Assembly: GCA_963846365.1 (NCBI GenBank)
Contig: CAWJVN010000007.1
Span: 848,025-912,024, forward strand
Length of the DNA stretch: 64,000 nucleotides
From: an uncultured Chloroflexia bacterium
GTDB lineage: Bacteria > Chloroflexota > Dormibacteria > Aeolococcales > Aeolococcaceae
Direction: 5' to 3'
Of this stretch, positions 27,235-38,084 are shown one piece after another. Position 1 is the first letter of the stretch. Every line of letters begins with the position of its first letter. Under the pieces are notes generated by a model. It saw nothing but the letters and a program-made list of their open reading frames with translations. It was not told the DNA's origin and searched no databases. A program made the translations under genes and the position numbers.

Positions 27235-28307
27235 TCCGGCCGCGGCGCATCGCCGTCCGGCTTGCGCTGGCCTCGCTGCTGGTGACCGCGGTGGCGGTGG
27301 CGATCATCGCCACCGGGGTGTTCGACGTCGGCCGCTCCACCTTCGACGACCTGATGCTGCGCCACGGCGCCTCCGCCGCCAACTCGCGGGCGATGTTCAA
27401 CTCCTCGGTGGGGCACACCTTCGTGTGGGCGCTGCTCGCCGCCGCGGTGGTCTGCGCGGTCGTCGCCGGCGTCCTCGCCCGCGGCGTGGCGCGCTCCTTC
27501 GGGCGGATCGTGGAGGCGGCCCGGCGCATCGCCGGCGGCGACTACGCGGCCCGGGTGCCCGACGTCGGCATCGAGGAGGCGCGGGCGATCGCCGAGGCGT
27601 TCAACCGCATGGCCGAGAGCCTCGAGGAGCAGGAGCGGATGCGCCGCGAGCTGATCGCCAACACCGCCCACGAGCTGCGCACCCCGCTCACCAACCTCAA
27701 GGGCTACCTCGAGGCGCTGCGCGACGAGGTGATCCCGCCCAGCGCCGAGACCTTCGCCTCGCTCCACGAGGAGGCCGACCGGCTGGTGCGGCTGTCGCGG
27801 TCGCTCGAGGTGCTCGCCGAGGGCGACGCCGGTCGCTCGCTGCGGCCGGTCGACGCCGACCTCGCCCAGGCGGTGCGCGCCGCGGTCGAGCTCTACCAGC
27901 CCGGCTTCCAGCGCGCCGGCATCGACCTCGAGGTCGACCTGCCCGCGCAGCTGGTGGTCCGAGCCCATCCCGACCAGCTCGCCCAGGTGGTCGCCAACCT
28001 GCTCCAGAACGCGCTCCGCTACACCCCGGAGGGGGGACGGGCCACGGTCGGCGCCGGGGTCGAGGAGGGCCACGCGGTGGTGCGGGTGACCAACACCACC
28101 GGGTCCGGCGAGGGCATCCCCGCCGCCGACCTGCCCCACCTGTTCGAGCGCTTCTACCGGGTCGAGAAGTCGCGCGACCGGGCCCGCGGCGGCGCCGGGA
28201 TCGGCCTCGCCATCGTCAAGCAGCTGGTCGAGGGGGCGGGAGGTCGGGTGGGCGCCGAGGCGCGACCCGGTTCGGCCCACTTCTGGTTCAGCCTGCCCAC
28301 CGCCTGA
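27231..28307 (+). CDS. sensor histidine kinase with very short extracytoplasmic loop
   Basis: GTGA overlap with the response regulator; two TM helices + HAMP + HELRTPL H-box + HATPase. Confidence 0.85.
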   Translation: MIRPRRIAVRLALASLLVTAVAVAIIATGVFDVGRSTFDDLMLRHGASAANSRAMFNSSVGHTFVWALLAAAVVCAVVAGVLARGVARSFGRIVEAARRIAGGDYAARVPDVGIEEARAIAEAFNRMAESLEEQERMRRELIANTAHELRTPLTNLKGYLEALRDEVIPPSAETFASLHEEADRLVRLSRSLEVLAEGDAGRSLRPVDADLAQAVRAAVELYQPGFQRAGIDLEVDLPAQLVVRAHPDQLAQVVANLLQNALRYTPEGGRATVGAGVEEGHAVVRVTNTTGSGEGIPAADLPHLFERFYRVEKSRDRARGGAGIGLAIVKQLVEGAGGRVGAEARPGSAHFWFSLPTA

Positions 28308-28351
28308 CCCGAATTGTTGACTAAACCGATCCAGATAGTTTGACAACCGCC

Positions 28352-28376
28352 GGGCGGCTTCGTAGAACTCGCCGTC
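28352..28376 (+). promoter_or_regulatory. sigma-A-like promoter TTGACA-N17-TAGAAC giving a near-leaderless rhodanese transcript
   Basis: tttgacaaccgccgggcggcttcgtagaactcgccgtcATG. Confidence 0.35.
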
Positions 28377-28772
28377 ATGGCGATGAGCGCGCAGGACCTG
28401 CTGGCGGCTGTCCGTCAGGTCGTGCCCGAGGTGACCCCCGAGGCGGTCCACGCCCGCTCCACGCCCGACCCCCACCTCATCATCGACGTGCGCGAGCGCG
28501 GCGAGTACGAGGCCGGTCACCTCCCCGGTGCCATCCACATCAGCAAGAGCTACATCGAGGTCCTGCTCGAGGACCGGGTGCCCGATCGCGAGACCCCGAT
28601 CACCCTCTACTGCGCCGGCGGGACGCGGTCCCTGCTCGCCGCCGAGTCGGTGATGCGCCTCGGCTACTCGAACGTCGAGTCCATGGTCGACGGCGTGGGT
28701 GGCTGGAAGTCGCTCGGCTATGAGCTGGTCCGCGAGGAGACTCCGCTGCTGGGGCTGGCCCGCTCCGCCTGA
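28377..28772 (+). CDS. rhodanese-domain sulfurtransferase (single domain)
   Basis: LIIDVRERGEYEAGHLPGAIHI...LYCAGGTRS active-site Cys loop. Confidence 0.8.
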   Translation: MAMSAQDLLAAVRQVVPEVTPEAVHARSTPDPHLIIDVRERGEYEAGHLPGAIHISKSYIEVLLEDRVPDRETPITLYCAGGTRSLLAAESVMRLGYSNVESMVDGVGGWKSLGYELVREETPLLGLARSA

Positions 28773-29599
28773 GCGACCGCGAGGAGCCGCGCCACCTCGC
28801 CGTCGTCGAGGAGGATGCCGAAGCGGTCCCGCAGCGTGCTCGCCAGCATGGTGCCGTCGAGCTCCTCGACGGTCTCGGTGCCGTCGGGGCGGGTCTCGAC
28901 CAGCCGCAGCCCGGCGAGGGTCAGCCGCCACTCCGGCGTCGACCGCTGCACCACCACCCGGGCGCCGAAGGGCGACCGCGGGTGGGTCGAGAGGTAGTGG
29001 TTGACCACCTCGTAGTCGATCGGGTGCTGGGGGTCGAGGGTGAACGCGTAGAGGTCGAACCAGCCGTCGGGGTGGAGCGAGCGCAGCACCCAGGTGCGCT
29101 CGTCCTCGCGTGAGAGCTGGTGGTTCCAGCCGGCGGCCGCGGTGACCGCGCCGTCGGCGAGGGGCATCGGCTCGAGCAGGCCCTCGCCGCCGAAGCCGAC
29201 GTCGGCGAGCCAGTCGATGCCCTCCGCCTCGACCCACAGCAGCATGTGGGACTGGGGGCGGATCGAGGCGGAGCCCATGCGCACCCGGGCGGAGAGCCGC
29301 CGCACCCCCAGGCCGATGCGCTCGAGCACCGCGGCGAAGAGGAGGTTGTGCTCGTAGCAGTAGCCACCCCGGCCGCCGGCGACCAGCTTGGCCTGGATGG
29401 CGTCGAGATCGAGCCGGATCGGCCGGCCCAGCAGGATGTCGAGGTTCTCGAAGGGGATGGCGGCGGCGTGGGCGCGGTGCAGCCGCTTCAGCCCCCGAGG
29501 TGTCCGGGGCGGGGGCCCCTCGAGCCCGACCCGCGCCAGGTACGCGTCGAGGTCGAGGCGGTCGACCTCCCATTCGTCGGACGGCACCGGGGTGGACAC
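28718..29599 (-). CDS. arylamine N-acetyltransferase
   Basis: IPFENLD...GGYCYEHN (catalytic Cys) motifs; 55-nt convergent overlap with the rhodanese gene. Confidence 0.8.
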   Translation of the reverse strand: MSTPVPSDEWEVDRLDLDAYLARVGLEGPPPRTPRGLKRLHRAHAAAIPFENLDILLGRPIRLDLDAIQAKLVAGGRGGYCYEHNLLFAAVLERIGLGVRRLSARVRMGSASIRPQSHMLLWVEAEGIDWLADVGFGGEGLLEPMPLADGAVTAAAGWNHQLSREDERTWVLRSLHPDGWFDLYAFTLDPQHPIDYEVVNHYLSTHPRSPFGARVVVQRSTPEWRLTLAGLRLVETRPDGTETVEELDGTMLASTLRDRFGILLDDGEVARLLAVAQAERASPSSGVSSRTSS

Positions 29600-29617
29600 C
29601 TGAGGGATTGTGCCCGC

Positions 29618-30748
29618 TCAGGCCCACCCGGCCATCGCCTCCAGCGCCCGGGTGAACCGGCCGGGCGGGGCGCCGAGGCCGACCCGCACCCGGCCGGGGA
29701 CGCCGAAGAGGCCCCCGGGGACGGCGGCCACCCCGGCCTCGCGGCGCAGGCGTTCCAGCCGGCGCGGGGCGGCGATCGCCGCGGGCAGGCGGGGGAAGGC
29801 GACCAGCCCGTCGGCGGGGGGGGTGAGCGCCGCGCCTCCGATGGTGCCGACCCAGCCGCAGAGGGCGGCGAGGTTGGTGGCGGCGGCGCCGGCGACCCGG
29901 GCGGCGAGGGTCCGCCGGTGCTCGAGGGCGAGCGCCGCCAGCAGCTCGCTCGGCGCCGCCGTGCCCAGGCTGGTGATGTCCTTGAGCGCCGCCACCCGGG
30001 CGAGGAGGGAGGGCCCGGCGCAGCTCACCCAGCCCACCCGCAGGCCGCCCAGCCCGAGCGCCTTGCTGACGTCGCCGAGCGCCACCACCGCCCCGGTGGC
30101 GAACGCGGCGCTCGCGGTGAGGCTGGGTGCCGCCGGGTCGAGGGTTCCCCGCGCCACCTCGTCGACCACCACCACCGCCCCGGCGCCGGCGCAGCGGGCG
30201 GCCAGGGCCTCGAGCTCGGCGGCGTCGACCACCGCGCCGGTGGGGTTCTGCGGCGAGTTGAGGAGCACCGCGCGGGTGCCGGGGGGCAGCCCGCCGAGCA
30301 GCGGTCCGAGGTCGAGGCGGCTGCGTCCGGGGCGCCAGACCGGCACCCGCACCACCTCGGCGCCGGCCGCCTCGGGGGCGCGGAGCAGCCCCTCGTACGC
30401 AGGGGTGGCAACCACCACCCGGTCGCCGGGGCCGGCGGCGGCGGCGCAGGCGAGGAGCATGGCCTCGACGGCGCCGTGGGTGATCACCACCTCCTCCGCC
30501 CGGCGGGCCCCGCCGGCGCCGGCCACCGCGGCGCGCAACCGCTCGCCCCCGCTGCCGTCGCCGTAGTCGAGGGAGAGGCCGAGGTACTCCTCGACCGCCT
30601 CCGGGCCGGCCAGCCCGAGCAGGTCGCCGGCGCTGAGCCCCGCCGCCCCGCTGCGGGCGAGGTCGAGCGGCGGCGGCGCGCCCTTGCCGGCGAACCACCG
30701 CTCCAGCCGCACCGGGGCGGCACCTCCCAGCCTCACCGGCACGACCAC
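29618..30748 (-). CDS. PLP-dependent aminotransferase (class I/II)
   Basis: LNSPQNPTG...SKALGLGGLRVGW motifs. Confidence 0.7.
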   Translation of the reverse strand: MVVPVRLGGAAPVRLERWFAGKGAPPPLDLARSGAAGLSAGDLLGLAGPEAVEEYLGLSLDYGDGSGGERLRAAVAGAGGARRAEEVVITHGAVEAMLLACAAAAGPGDRVVVATPAYEGLLRAPEAAGAEVVRVPVWRPGRSRLDLGPLLGGLPPGTRAVLLNSPQNPTGAVVDAAELEALAARCAGAGAVVVVDEVARGTLDPAAPSLTASAAFATGAVVALGDVSKALGLGGLRVGWVSCAGPSLLARVAALKDITSLGTAAPSELLAALALEHRRTLAARVAGAAATNLAALCGWVGTIGGAALTPPADGLVAFPRLPAAIAAPRRLERLRREAGVAAVPGGLFGVPGRVRVGLGAPPGRFTRALEAMAGWA

Positions 30749-30870
30749 ACGGAGGCAGGACGGAGGACCCGGGGGGCGGCCATGCCCGCACTCTGGAGGC
30801 CCTGTGTTGCGTGCCGAGGTCGGGGCCCGTCATCGCGCCGCAACCGGCGTGCCCGAGGCTGCGCGGTCCC

Positions 30871-31986
30871 ATGACCAGCGTCCTCGTCACCGGCGGTGCC
30901 GGCTTCGTCGGCAGCCATCTCGTCGACGCGCTGCTGGCCGCCGGTTACGCGGTGCGCATCCTCGACAACCTCGATCCCCAGGCGCACGAGGGCGGCCGGC
31001 CGCGCTTCCTGAACCCGGGGGCGGAGCTGATCACCGGCGACCTCCGCGACCCGATCGCGGTGGGCCGCGCCCTCGAGGGGGTCGAGGTGGTGCTCCACCA
31101 GGCCGGGATGGTCGGCAACGGCCAGTCGATGTACGAGATCCACCGCTACGTGGACGTCAACGCCGGCGGCACCGCGGTGCTCCTCGAGCAGGCGCTGCGC
31201 CGCCGCGACACCCTGCGCCGGGTGGTCGCCGCCTCGTCGATGGTGGTCTACGGCGAGGGCGCGTACCGGTGCCCGGAGCACGGCGTGGTCGCCCCCGGGC
31301 TGCGCCGCCGCCCCGACCTCGACGAACGCCGCTGGGAGAACCGCTGCCCGGTGTGCGGCGCCGCGGTCGCGCCGGTGCCCACCGCCGAGACCCACCCGCT
31401 CCAGCCCGCCTCGCCGTACGCCGTCTCCAAGCGCGACTGCGAGGAGCTGACCCTGACCACCGGGCACGCCCACGGGCTGGAGACGGTGGCGCTCCGCTAC
31501 CTGAACGTCTTCGGCCCGCGCCAGGCGCTCTCCAACCCGTACACCGGGGTGGCGGCGATCTTCTGCACCCGCCTGCTGGGTGGACGCCGCCCGCTGATCT
31601 TCGAGGACGGCGAGCAGCGGCGTGACCTGGTCCACGTCTCCGACGTGGTCCGCGCCAACCTGCTCGCCATCGACGCGCCCGGCGCGCCCGGTCACGCGAT
31701 CAACGTCGGCACCGGGGTGTCGCTCACCGTGGCGGAGCTCGCCGCCGCGCTCGCCGCCGAGCTCGGGGTCGACCTCGAGCCCGAGATCACCGGCGACTTC
31801 CGTGCCGGCGACATCCGCCACTGCGTCGCCGACGTGAGCAGGGCTCGCGACCTGCTCGGCTTCGAGGCCCGGGCCGAACGCGCCACGGCGCTCCGTGAGC
31901 TCGCGCAATGGGTGGCACACGAGTCCCCCGTCGACCGCACCGTCGCCGCGGTGGCGGCGCTGCGCGAGCGCGGCCTGATCCGCTGA
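30871..31986 (+). CDS. NAD-dependent epimerase/dehydratase (extended SDR)
   Basis: VLVTGGAGFVGSHL Rossmann motif. Confidence 0.8.
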   Translation: MTSVLVTGGAGFVGSHLVDALLAAGYAVRILDNLDPQAHEGGRPRFLNPGAELITGDLRDPIAVGRALEGVEVVLHQAGMVGNGQSMYEIHRYVDVNAGGTAVLLEQALRRRDTLRRVVAASSMVVYGEGAYRCPEHGVVAPGLRRRPDLDERRWENRCPVCGAAVAPVPTAETHPLQPASPYAVSKRDCEELTLTTGHAHGLETVALRYLNVFGPRQALSNPYTGVAAIFCTRLLGGRRPLIFEDGEQRRDLVHVSDVVRANLLAIDAPGAPGHAINVGTGVSLTVAELAAALAAELGVDLEPEITGDFRAGDIRHCVADVSRARDLLGFEARAERATALRELAQWVAHESPVDRTVAAVAALRERGLIR

Positions 31987-32138
31987 CCTGACGAAGGCCG
32001 TCACCGAAACGTGATCGGTCATAACCAAGCCCTCGTCAATTGTTGCTGCCCGCACAATGTCCGGGGCACCTCGCGTGGTTACCATCGACGGCGAACGGAA
32101 GTCCGCCACAGTGCCGCACCGCAACGGGGAAGTTCGTG

Positions 32139-32300
32139 ATGTATGCCATCCTGGAGTGCCCGGACGGGCCCGCTCTCTGCGTCGGCTACCGCACCCTCGC
32201 CTCCGCCGTCGCCGCCCTCGGCCGCCTGCAGACCGGGGACATCCGCTACTCGACGCACGTCGTGGCAGCCACCGGTGACGACGTGCTCAGCGCCGGCTGA
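32139..32300 (+). CDS. small hypothetical protein (53 aa) upstream of aceE
   Basis: GGGGAAG SD 6 nt upstream of ATG; [53 protein letters not shown]. Confidence 0.3.
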   Translation: MYAILECPDGPALCVGYRTLASAVAALGRLQTGDIRYSTHVVAATGDDVLSAG

Positions 32301-32410
32301 CACCGGCGTCAACGGGGGGAACCCCCTCCGCGGGAAGTCAACCGGAGGGGGCGGGGTGGTATACAGGGTGCTCAATCCCGAGTCGTCAGCACTCGCCGGA
32401 GCGGCACCTC

Positions 32411-35092
32411 ATGACCTTCGACGGGCTCCATACACAGCTTCCTGACGTCGACCCCGACGAGACCCGTGAATGGCTCGACTCCTTCGAGTCGGTGGTTGCC
32501 ATGGGCGGACGCACGCGCGCCCGGTTTCTGGTCACCAAGCTGCTGGAGCGGGCCCGCGCGCAGCAGGTCGGCCTGCCCTCGCTGGTCTCGACCGACTACA
32601 TCAACACCGTCCCCCCGGACCGCGAGCCGTGGTTCCCGGGCGACGAGGAGATGGAGCGGCGGATCCGGCGGATCGTCCGCTGGAACGCCGCGGTGATGGT
32701 CACCCGCGCCAACAAGCACTCCGAGGGGATCGGCGGCCACATCTCCACCTACGCCTCGTCGGCGTCGCTGTACGAGGTGGGCTTCAACCACTTCTTCCAC
32801 GGCAAGGACGACGGCCGGGCCGGCGACCAGGTCTTCTACCAGGGCCACGCCGCCCCGGGGGTCTACGCCCGCGCCTTCCTCGAGGGCCGGCTCAGCGAGG
32901 CCCGGCTCGACAACTTCCGCCAGGAGGTGGGTGGCGGAGGCCTCAGCTCGTACCCGCATCCGCGGCTGATGCCGGACTTCTGGGAGTTCCCCACGGTCTC
33001 GATGGGGCTGGGTCCCCTCAACGCCATCTACCAGGCGCGCTTCAACCGCTATCTGCTCAACCGCCGCATCGCCGACACCTCGGAGTCGCGGGTGTGGTGC
33101 TTCCTCGGTGACGGCGAGTGCGACGAGCCCGAGTCGCTGGGCGCCCTCGGCGTCGCCGCCCGCGAGCAGCTCGACAACCTGATCTTCGTGGTCTCGTGCA
33201 ACCTGCAGCGGCTCGACGGCCCGGTGCGCGGCAACGGGAAGATCATCCAGGAGCTGGAGGCGGTGTTCCGCGGCGCCGGCTGGAACGTCATCAAGGCGAT
33301 CTGGGGCCGGGAGTGGGACGACCTGCTCGCCCGCGACGTCGACGGTGTGCTCGTCAACAAGATGAACACCACCAACGATGGCCAGTTTCAGAAGTACTCG
33401 ACCGAAACCGGCGCGTACATCCGCGAGCACTTCTTCGGCCCCGACCCGCGGCTGCAGCGGATGGTCGCCCACCTCTCCGACGAGGAGCTGACCCACCTGC
33501 GCCGCGGCGGCCATGACTACCGCAAGCTCTACGCGGCCTACAAGCTGGCCACCGAGTACGAGGGCGCGCCCACGGTCATCCTCGCCCACACCATCAAGGG
33601 ATGGGCGCTGGGGCCGGGGTTCACGGCGCGCAACTCGACCCACCAGATCAAGAAGATGAGCGACCAGGAGCTCAAGGCCTTCCGCGACACCCTCGAGCTC
33701 CCCATCGGCGACCGCCAGCTGGAGCAGGGTACGCCGCCCTACTTCCACCCCGGCGACGACTCCGAGGAGGTCGAGTACCTGCGGGTGCGCCGCCGCATGC
33801 TGCACGGCTCGGTGCCGCGCCGGGTGGTGCGCTCCAAGCCGCTCCCGGTGGTCGACGCCGCCGCGTGGGCCGAGCCCCTGGCGGGCTCGGGCGGCCGCTC
33901 GGCGTCCACCACCATGGCGTTCGCCGGCATCATCCGCAACCTGCTCCGCGACAAGCAGGTCGGCAGGCGGGTGGTGCCGATCATCCCCGACGAGGCGCGC
34001 ACCTTCGGGATGGACGGGCTGTTCCGCGAGGTGAAGATCTACACGCCGTTCGGCCAGCAGTACGAGCCGGTCGACGCCAACATGGTCCTCTCCTACCGCG
34101 AGGCGTCGGACGGGCAGATCCTCGAGGAGGGCATCACCGAGGCCGGCTCGATGGCCAGCTTCACCGCCGCGGGCACCGCGTACGCGACCCACGGCGAGGC
34201 GATGATCCCCTTCTACATCTTCTACTCGATGTTCGGCTTCCAGCGCATCGGCGACCTGGTGTGGGCCTTCGGCGACTCGCGCGGCCGCGGTTTCCTGCTC
34301 GGCGCCACCGCCGGGCGCACCACCCTGAACGGCGAGGGCCTGCAGCACGAGGACGGCCACAGCCCGCTGCTGTTCTCGGTGGTGCCGAACGTCCTCATCT
34401 ACGACCCCGCGTTCGCCTACGAGCTGGCGGTGGTGATCCGCGACGGCATGCGCCGGATGTACCAGGACGGCGAGGACGTCTTCTACTACATCACCCTGTA
34501 CAACGAGAACTTCCCGATGCCTGCGATGCCGGAGGGTGTCGAGGAGGGCGTGCTCCGCGGCCTGTACCGCTACCAGCCCGCCGCCGAGCCGCGCCGCCAT
34601 CGCGCCCACGTGCTCGCCAGCGGCAGCGCGATGCTCGCCGCCCTCGAGGCCCAGCGGCTGCTCGCCGAGCACCACGACGTCGCCGCCGACGTCTGGAGCG
34701 CGACCAGCTACCAGCAGCTCCGCAACGACGCCCTCGACGTCGAGCGCTGGAACCGGCTGCACCCGCAGAAGCGGCCACGGCTCCCCTACGTCACCGAGCA
34801 GCTGTCCGCCGTTCCGGCGCCGGTGGTGGCGGTGAGCGACTACGTCCGGGCCGTCCCCGACCAGATCTCGCGCTTCGTCCCCGGCACCTACACGGTGCTC
34901 GGCACCGACGGCTATGGTCGCAGCGACACCCGCGAGGCGCTCCGCCGCCACTTCGAGACCGACGCCGCCCACATCGTGGTCGCCGTCCTCGCCGCCCTCG
35001 GCCGCGAGGAGCGCCTCGACCCTGCGGTGGTGAGCGAGGCCATGGACCGCTACCGCATCGACCCCGACACCCCGACCCCGGTGCTCACCTAG
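32411..35092 (+). CDS. aceE: pyruvate dehydrogenase E1 component (homodimeric type)
   Basis: Full-length AceE similarity (893 aa); TPP-binding motifs; TAG stop shared with the IS end. Confidence 0.92.
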   Translation: MTFDGLHTQLPDVDPDETREWLDSFESVVAMGGRTRARFLVTKLLERARAQQVGLPSLVSTDYINTVPPDREPWFPGDEEMERRIRRIVRWNAAVMVTRANKHSEGIGGHISTYASSASLYEVGFNHFFHGKDDGRAGDQVFYQGHAAPGVYARAFLEGRLSEARLDNFRQEVGGGGLSSYPHPRLMPDFWEFPTVSMGLGPLNAIYQARFNRYLLNRRIADTSESRVWCFLGDGECDEPESLGALGVAAREQLDNLIFVVSCNLQRLDGPVRGNGKIIQELEAVFRGAGWNVIKAIWGREWDDLLARDVDGVLVNKMNTTNDGQFQKYSTETGAYIREHFFGPDPRLQRMVAHLSDEELTHLRRGGHDYRKLYAAYKLATEYEGAPTVILAHTIKGWALGPGFTARNSTHQIKKMSDQELKAFRDTLELPIGDRQLEQGTPPYFHPGDDSEEVEYLRVRRRMLHGSVPRRVVRSKPLPVVDAAAWAEPLAGSGGRSASTTMAFAGIIRNLLRDKQVGRRVVPIIPDEARTFGMDGLFREVKIYTPFGQQYEPVDANMVLSYREASDGQILEEGITEAGSMASFTAAGTAYATHGEAMIPFYIFYSMFGFQRIGDLVWAFGDSRGRGFLLGATAGRTTLNGEGLQHEDGHSPLLFSVVPNVLIYDPAFAYELAVVIRDGMRRMYQDGEDVFYYITLYNENFPMPAMPEGVEEGVLRGLYRYQPAAEPRRHRAHVLASGSAMLAALEAQRLLAEHHDVAADVWSATSYQQLRNDALDVERWNRLHPQKRPRLPYVTEQLSAVPAPVVAVSDYVRAVPDQISRFVPGTYTVLGTDGYGRSDTREALRRHFETDAAHIVVAVLAALGREERLDPAVVSEAMDRYRIDPDTPTPVLT

Positions 35093-36433
35093 CAGGGTGT
35101 TGAAAAGCGCCTGGCCTGAGGGCTAGGCAGAGCGAACACTTGTGTGCGAGTCTCCGCAGGACGGATCCAGGTGCTGCGGAGGCTCCCATGCGAGGCAAGG
35201 CGGTCCGGCAGGTATCGATGCTCACGACCACGACGCCGGACGATCTCGTTCCTCAGGACCATCCCATCCGGCGCATCAAGCCGGTCGTCGAGGACGTGCT
35301 CCGCTCGCTGGGCCCGACCTTCGACGCGATGTACGCCAGCAACGGCCGGGTCAGCGTGCCGCCGGAACACCTGCTCAAGGCGACCGTGCTCATGGCCTTG
35401 TTTTCGATTCGCAGCGAGCGGCAGTTCTGCGAGCAGCTCCGCTTCAACCTGCTCTTCAAATGGTTCCTCGACCTCAACACCGAGGATCCCGGCTTCGACC
35501 ACAGCACCTTCTCCAAGAATCGCCAGCGGCTTCTGCAGCACGCGGTCGCCGACCAGTTCTTCGCCGCCGTGGTGGAGCACGCTCGGCTCAACCGTTACGT
35601 CTCCGACGACCACTTCACGGTTGACGGCACCCTGCTGGAAGCGTGGGCCTCGATCAAGAGCTTCAGGCCCAAGGACGGCGACTGTGGAGGCCCCAACGCG
35701 GGTGGTGGCCGCAATCCCGAGGTCGACTTCCACGGACAGAAGCGGAGCAACGCGACCCACCGCTCGACCACCGATCCTGAGGCTCGGCTGGCACGCAAGG
35801 GCAAGGGCAAGGAGGCGAAGCTCTGCTACGCCGGCCACGCGCTCATGGAGAACCGCAACGGCCTGCTGATCGACCTTGAGCTCACCGCGGCGACCGGCTA
35901 CGCCGAGCGCGAGGCCGCCCTGCTCATGCTCCGCCGACAGCGACGTCGCGGACGTCGACGTCACACGGTGGGCGCGGACAAGGCCTACGACACCCGCGAC
36001 TTCCGCGAGGGATGCCGCGAGCAGAAGATCACCCCACACGTCGCCCGGGACACCAGCAACGGCCGCAGGTCGATCGACGGCCGCACCACCCGGCACCCCG
36101 GCTATGCCCTCAGTCAGCGTATCCGCAAGCGGGTCGAGGAGATCTTCGGCTGGACCAAGACGGTCGGCGGTGGCCGCAAGCTGCGCTTCAAGGGCCGCGA
36201 GCGAAACCGAAGCTGGTTCCTCTTCACCGGAGCCGCGTACAACCTGGTCCGCATCGGCAACCTGGCGAAAGCCACGTGAGCAGGGCAATCTGCCGCCCTC
36301 GAGGGGCCGGAACGGGGCTCCAGACGAGGCCGAGAGTGGCTGGTCCCCGTCCCTGAGCGGCTGCATCGGCCACTCCTCACCAGCCGGTGGCTCGATCTGA
36401 ATGATCACGGAGCACATTTCAACGCCCTGCTAG
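35090..36433. mobile_element. IS5-family insertion sequence (about 1.34 kb) with about 20-bp imperfect terminal inverted repeats, flanked by TAG
   Basis: Left end tagcagggtgttgaaaag vs reverse complement of right end ctagcagggcgttgaaatg; single transposase ORF inside. Confidence 0.7.
35188..36279 (+). CDS. IS5-family DDE transposase
   Basis: HLLKATVLMALFSIRSERQFCEQLRFNLLFKWFLDL...DHSTFSKNRQR; DDE region further downstream. Confidence 0.85.
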   Translation: MRGKAVRQVSMLTTTTPDDLVPQDHPIRRIKPVVEDVLRSLGPTFDAMYASNGRVSVPPEHLLKATVLMALFSIRSERQFCEQLRFNLLFKWFLDLNTEDPGFDHSTFSKNRQRLLQHAVADQFFAAVVEHARLNRYVSDDHFTVDGTLLEAWASIKSFRPKDGDCGGPNAGGGRNPEVDFHGQKRSNATHRSTTDPEARLARKGKGKEAKLCYAGHALMENRNGLLIDLELTAATGYAEREAALLMLRRQRRRGRRRHTVGADKAYDTRDFREGCREQKITPHVARDTSNGRRSIDGRTTRHPGYALSQRIRKRVEEIFGWTKTVGGGRKLRFKGRERNRSWFLFTGAAYNLVRIGNLAKAT

Positions 36434-36859
36434 GTCGCGCCCCCTGTGCGGCGCGGGTGGACGCGGGGCACCACGCCGGATGCTTCAAACAGTCCTCGGC
36501 CTCCTTCGGGCTTCGCCCTGCGGTGGCCTGCGGGACTCGCTCCGTCATGGTGCCCCGCATCCACCCGCTCTCGGGAGAGCGAACGGTGAGGACCGTGCGC
36601 TGGCCGTCACGCTCGGCGGCGGCGCCCGCATGGCGCCTTTGTGCTGAGAGTCGCTCTCAGCGCCAGCCGGCTGGATGTACGGTCTCAGCCCAGCCGAGCC
36701 GTGATTCCCGGCGTGTCGCGGCGCGCAGCGGGGGGACGGGCGACGGCGCACGGCGGGGCGTATCGAGCCGTATACCCCCGCGGCGAGATCCGAGCCGAGT
36801 CGATCGCGCAGCGATCGCCGGCGTCCCCGCCGAGCGCCGTCGCCCGGCCCACCGCGCCC

Positions 36860-37447
36860 TCAGAGCGACTCCGCGACGGGGAGCCCGAGCGAGGGCACCC
36901 CGAGCTCGCGCTCCACGGCGAGCAGGGAGAGCTGCAGGCGGGAGGCGATCTCGTGGTCGGACCAGTGGCCGCCGGTGAGCTCGGAGACGATGCCCGCGGG
37001 GTCGGAGGGCACGCCGGGGGCGGGCTCGGCCTCGACGGTGACGATCAGCGCGCGCAGCACCGCGGAGCGCCAGCTGGTGAGGCCGTGCCGGGTGAAGATC
37101 GCCAGCGCGCGCTTGAGGTCGAAGCGGGCCTCCCAGGTGCGCCCGAGCAGGCGCAGCAGGCTGCCGCGGGCGAGCAGCCCGCGGCCGAGGTCGATCGTCC
37201 AGGCATCGTCGTGGCCGGCGACGGCGGCGTCGAGCTGGCTCAGGGCGCCGGGGAGATCACCGCCGGCGGCGCTGAGGAGGGCGCGGCAGCGCCGCTCGAC
37301 GGCCGCGCCGACCTGCCAGCGCTGCGCCCGCTGGGTGCTGCAGTAGACGTCGAGGGTGCGGCGCGCGCATCCCACCTCGCCGAGCTCGAGCAGGATCTCG
37401 ACCAGGTCGCCGACCACGTCCTCCCACCAGGGCTCGTCCTCGATCAT
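36860..37447 (-). CDS. TPR-like / LuxR-type HTH protein, likely truncated regulator remnant
   Basis: C-terminal ELTGGHWSDHEIASRLQLSLLAVEREL resembles a LuxR HTH; no N-terminal NTPase domain upstream; lies next to the IS. Confidence 0.35.
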   Translation of the reverse strand: MIEDEPWWEDVVGDLVEILLELGEVGCARRTLDVYCSTQRAQRWQVGAAVERRCRALLSAAGGDLPGALSQLDAAVAGHDDAWTIDLGRGLLARGSLLRLLGRTWEARFDLKRALAIFTRHGLTSWRSAVLRALIVTVEAEPAPGVPSDPAGIVSELTGGHWSDHEIASRLQLSLLAVERELGVPSLGLPVAESL

Positions 37448-38084
37448 CGAAGTTCGCCTCGTCTCGGCGCGGCGCGCCGCCCGCGCATGCGCACCGTGCG
37501 CGCGTGGGCGAGCCGGCACGCGGACGTCTCACGCCAGGTGTGCATCATTCGTCGTCCGTCCCCGTTGCCGGTGCGGCTTCCGCGCCGTCTGCAGAGCACC
37601 AGCAGGCTACCACGGACACCGGTTATGGCCGCGTCATGGTCTGTGCACAACATCGCATCGGCCCTGTTGATGCAGCGGAGCGGCGCGTTCTGCACGTTGC
37701 CATGCCGCGTACGCATTCGTTCGTGCAAACGTGCGGCTCCCCGCCGCGTCCCGGATTCGTGGAGCGTGTTCGGGTCCTGACCGGGTCGCCGTCGTCGCCG
37801 ATGCGATGCCGGCACTGTGAGTCCACCACGGGAGATTTGACCATGCATCCGCTGCTGCACCATGAGCTGGCGCACGCGGTCCATCAGGAGCGGCTGGCGC
37901 GTGCCGCGCACCGGCGCCGCATCCTGGCGTGCCGCCGGGCGGCGAGGGCGGCGGCGTCCAGCCCCACCGTTCCCGCCTGGCTGATGCTTCTCGACCGCTG
38001 CGCCGAGGAGCCCGTCACCGAGACCGAGACGGTTCTCTGATCCGATCCACCACCCCACCCGGCCGGCCGGGGTGTCCCGCGGAC

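Noticed and set aside
27204-30890. 1228-aa minus-strand ORF; similar giant ORFs at 21838..25308 (+), 56499..59702 (-), 8427..9881 (-), 10152..11480 (-)
   Set aside because: Arg/Gly/Pro-rich, no domain similarity, antisense to multiple well-supported genes; classic high-GC artefacts
36457-36978. 173-aa plus-strand ORF right of the IS
   Set aside because: Arg-rich low-complexity translation, overlaps the LuxR-like fragment on the opposite strand; region judged non-coding or degraded
37843-38040. 65-aa plus-strand ORF (MHPLLHHELAHAVHQERLARAAHRRRILA...)
   Set aside because: Has an ACGGGAG SD-like sequence but lies in the degraded post-IS region, with weak codon bias and no similarity; kept only as a note
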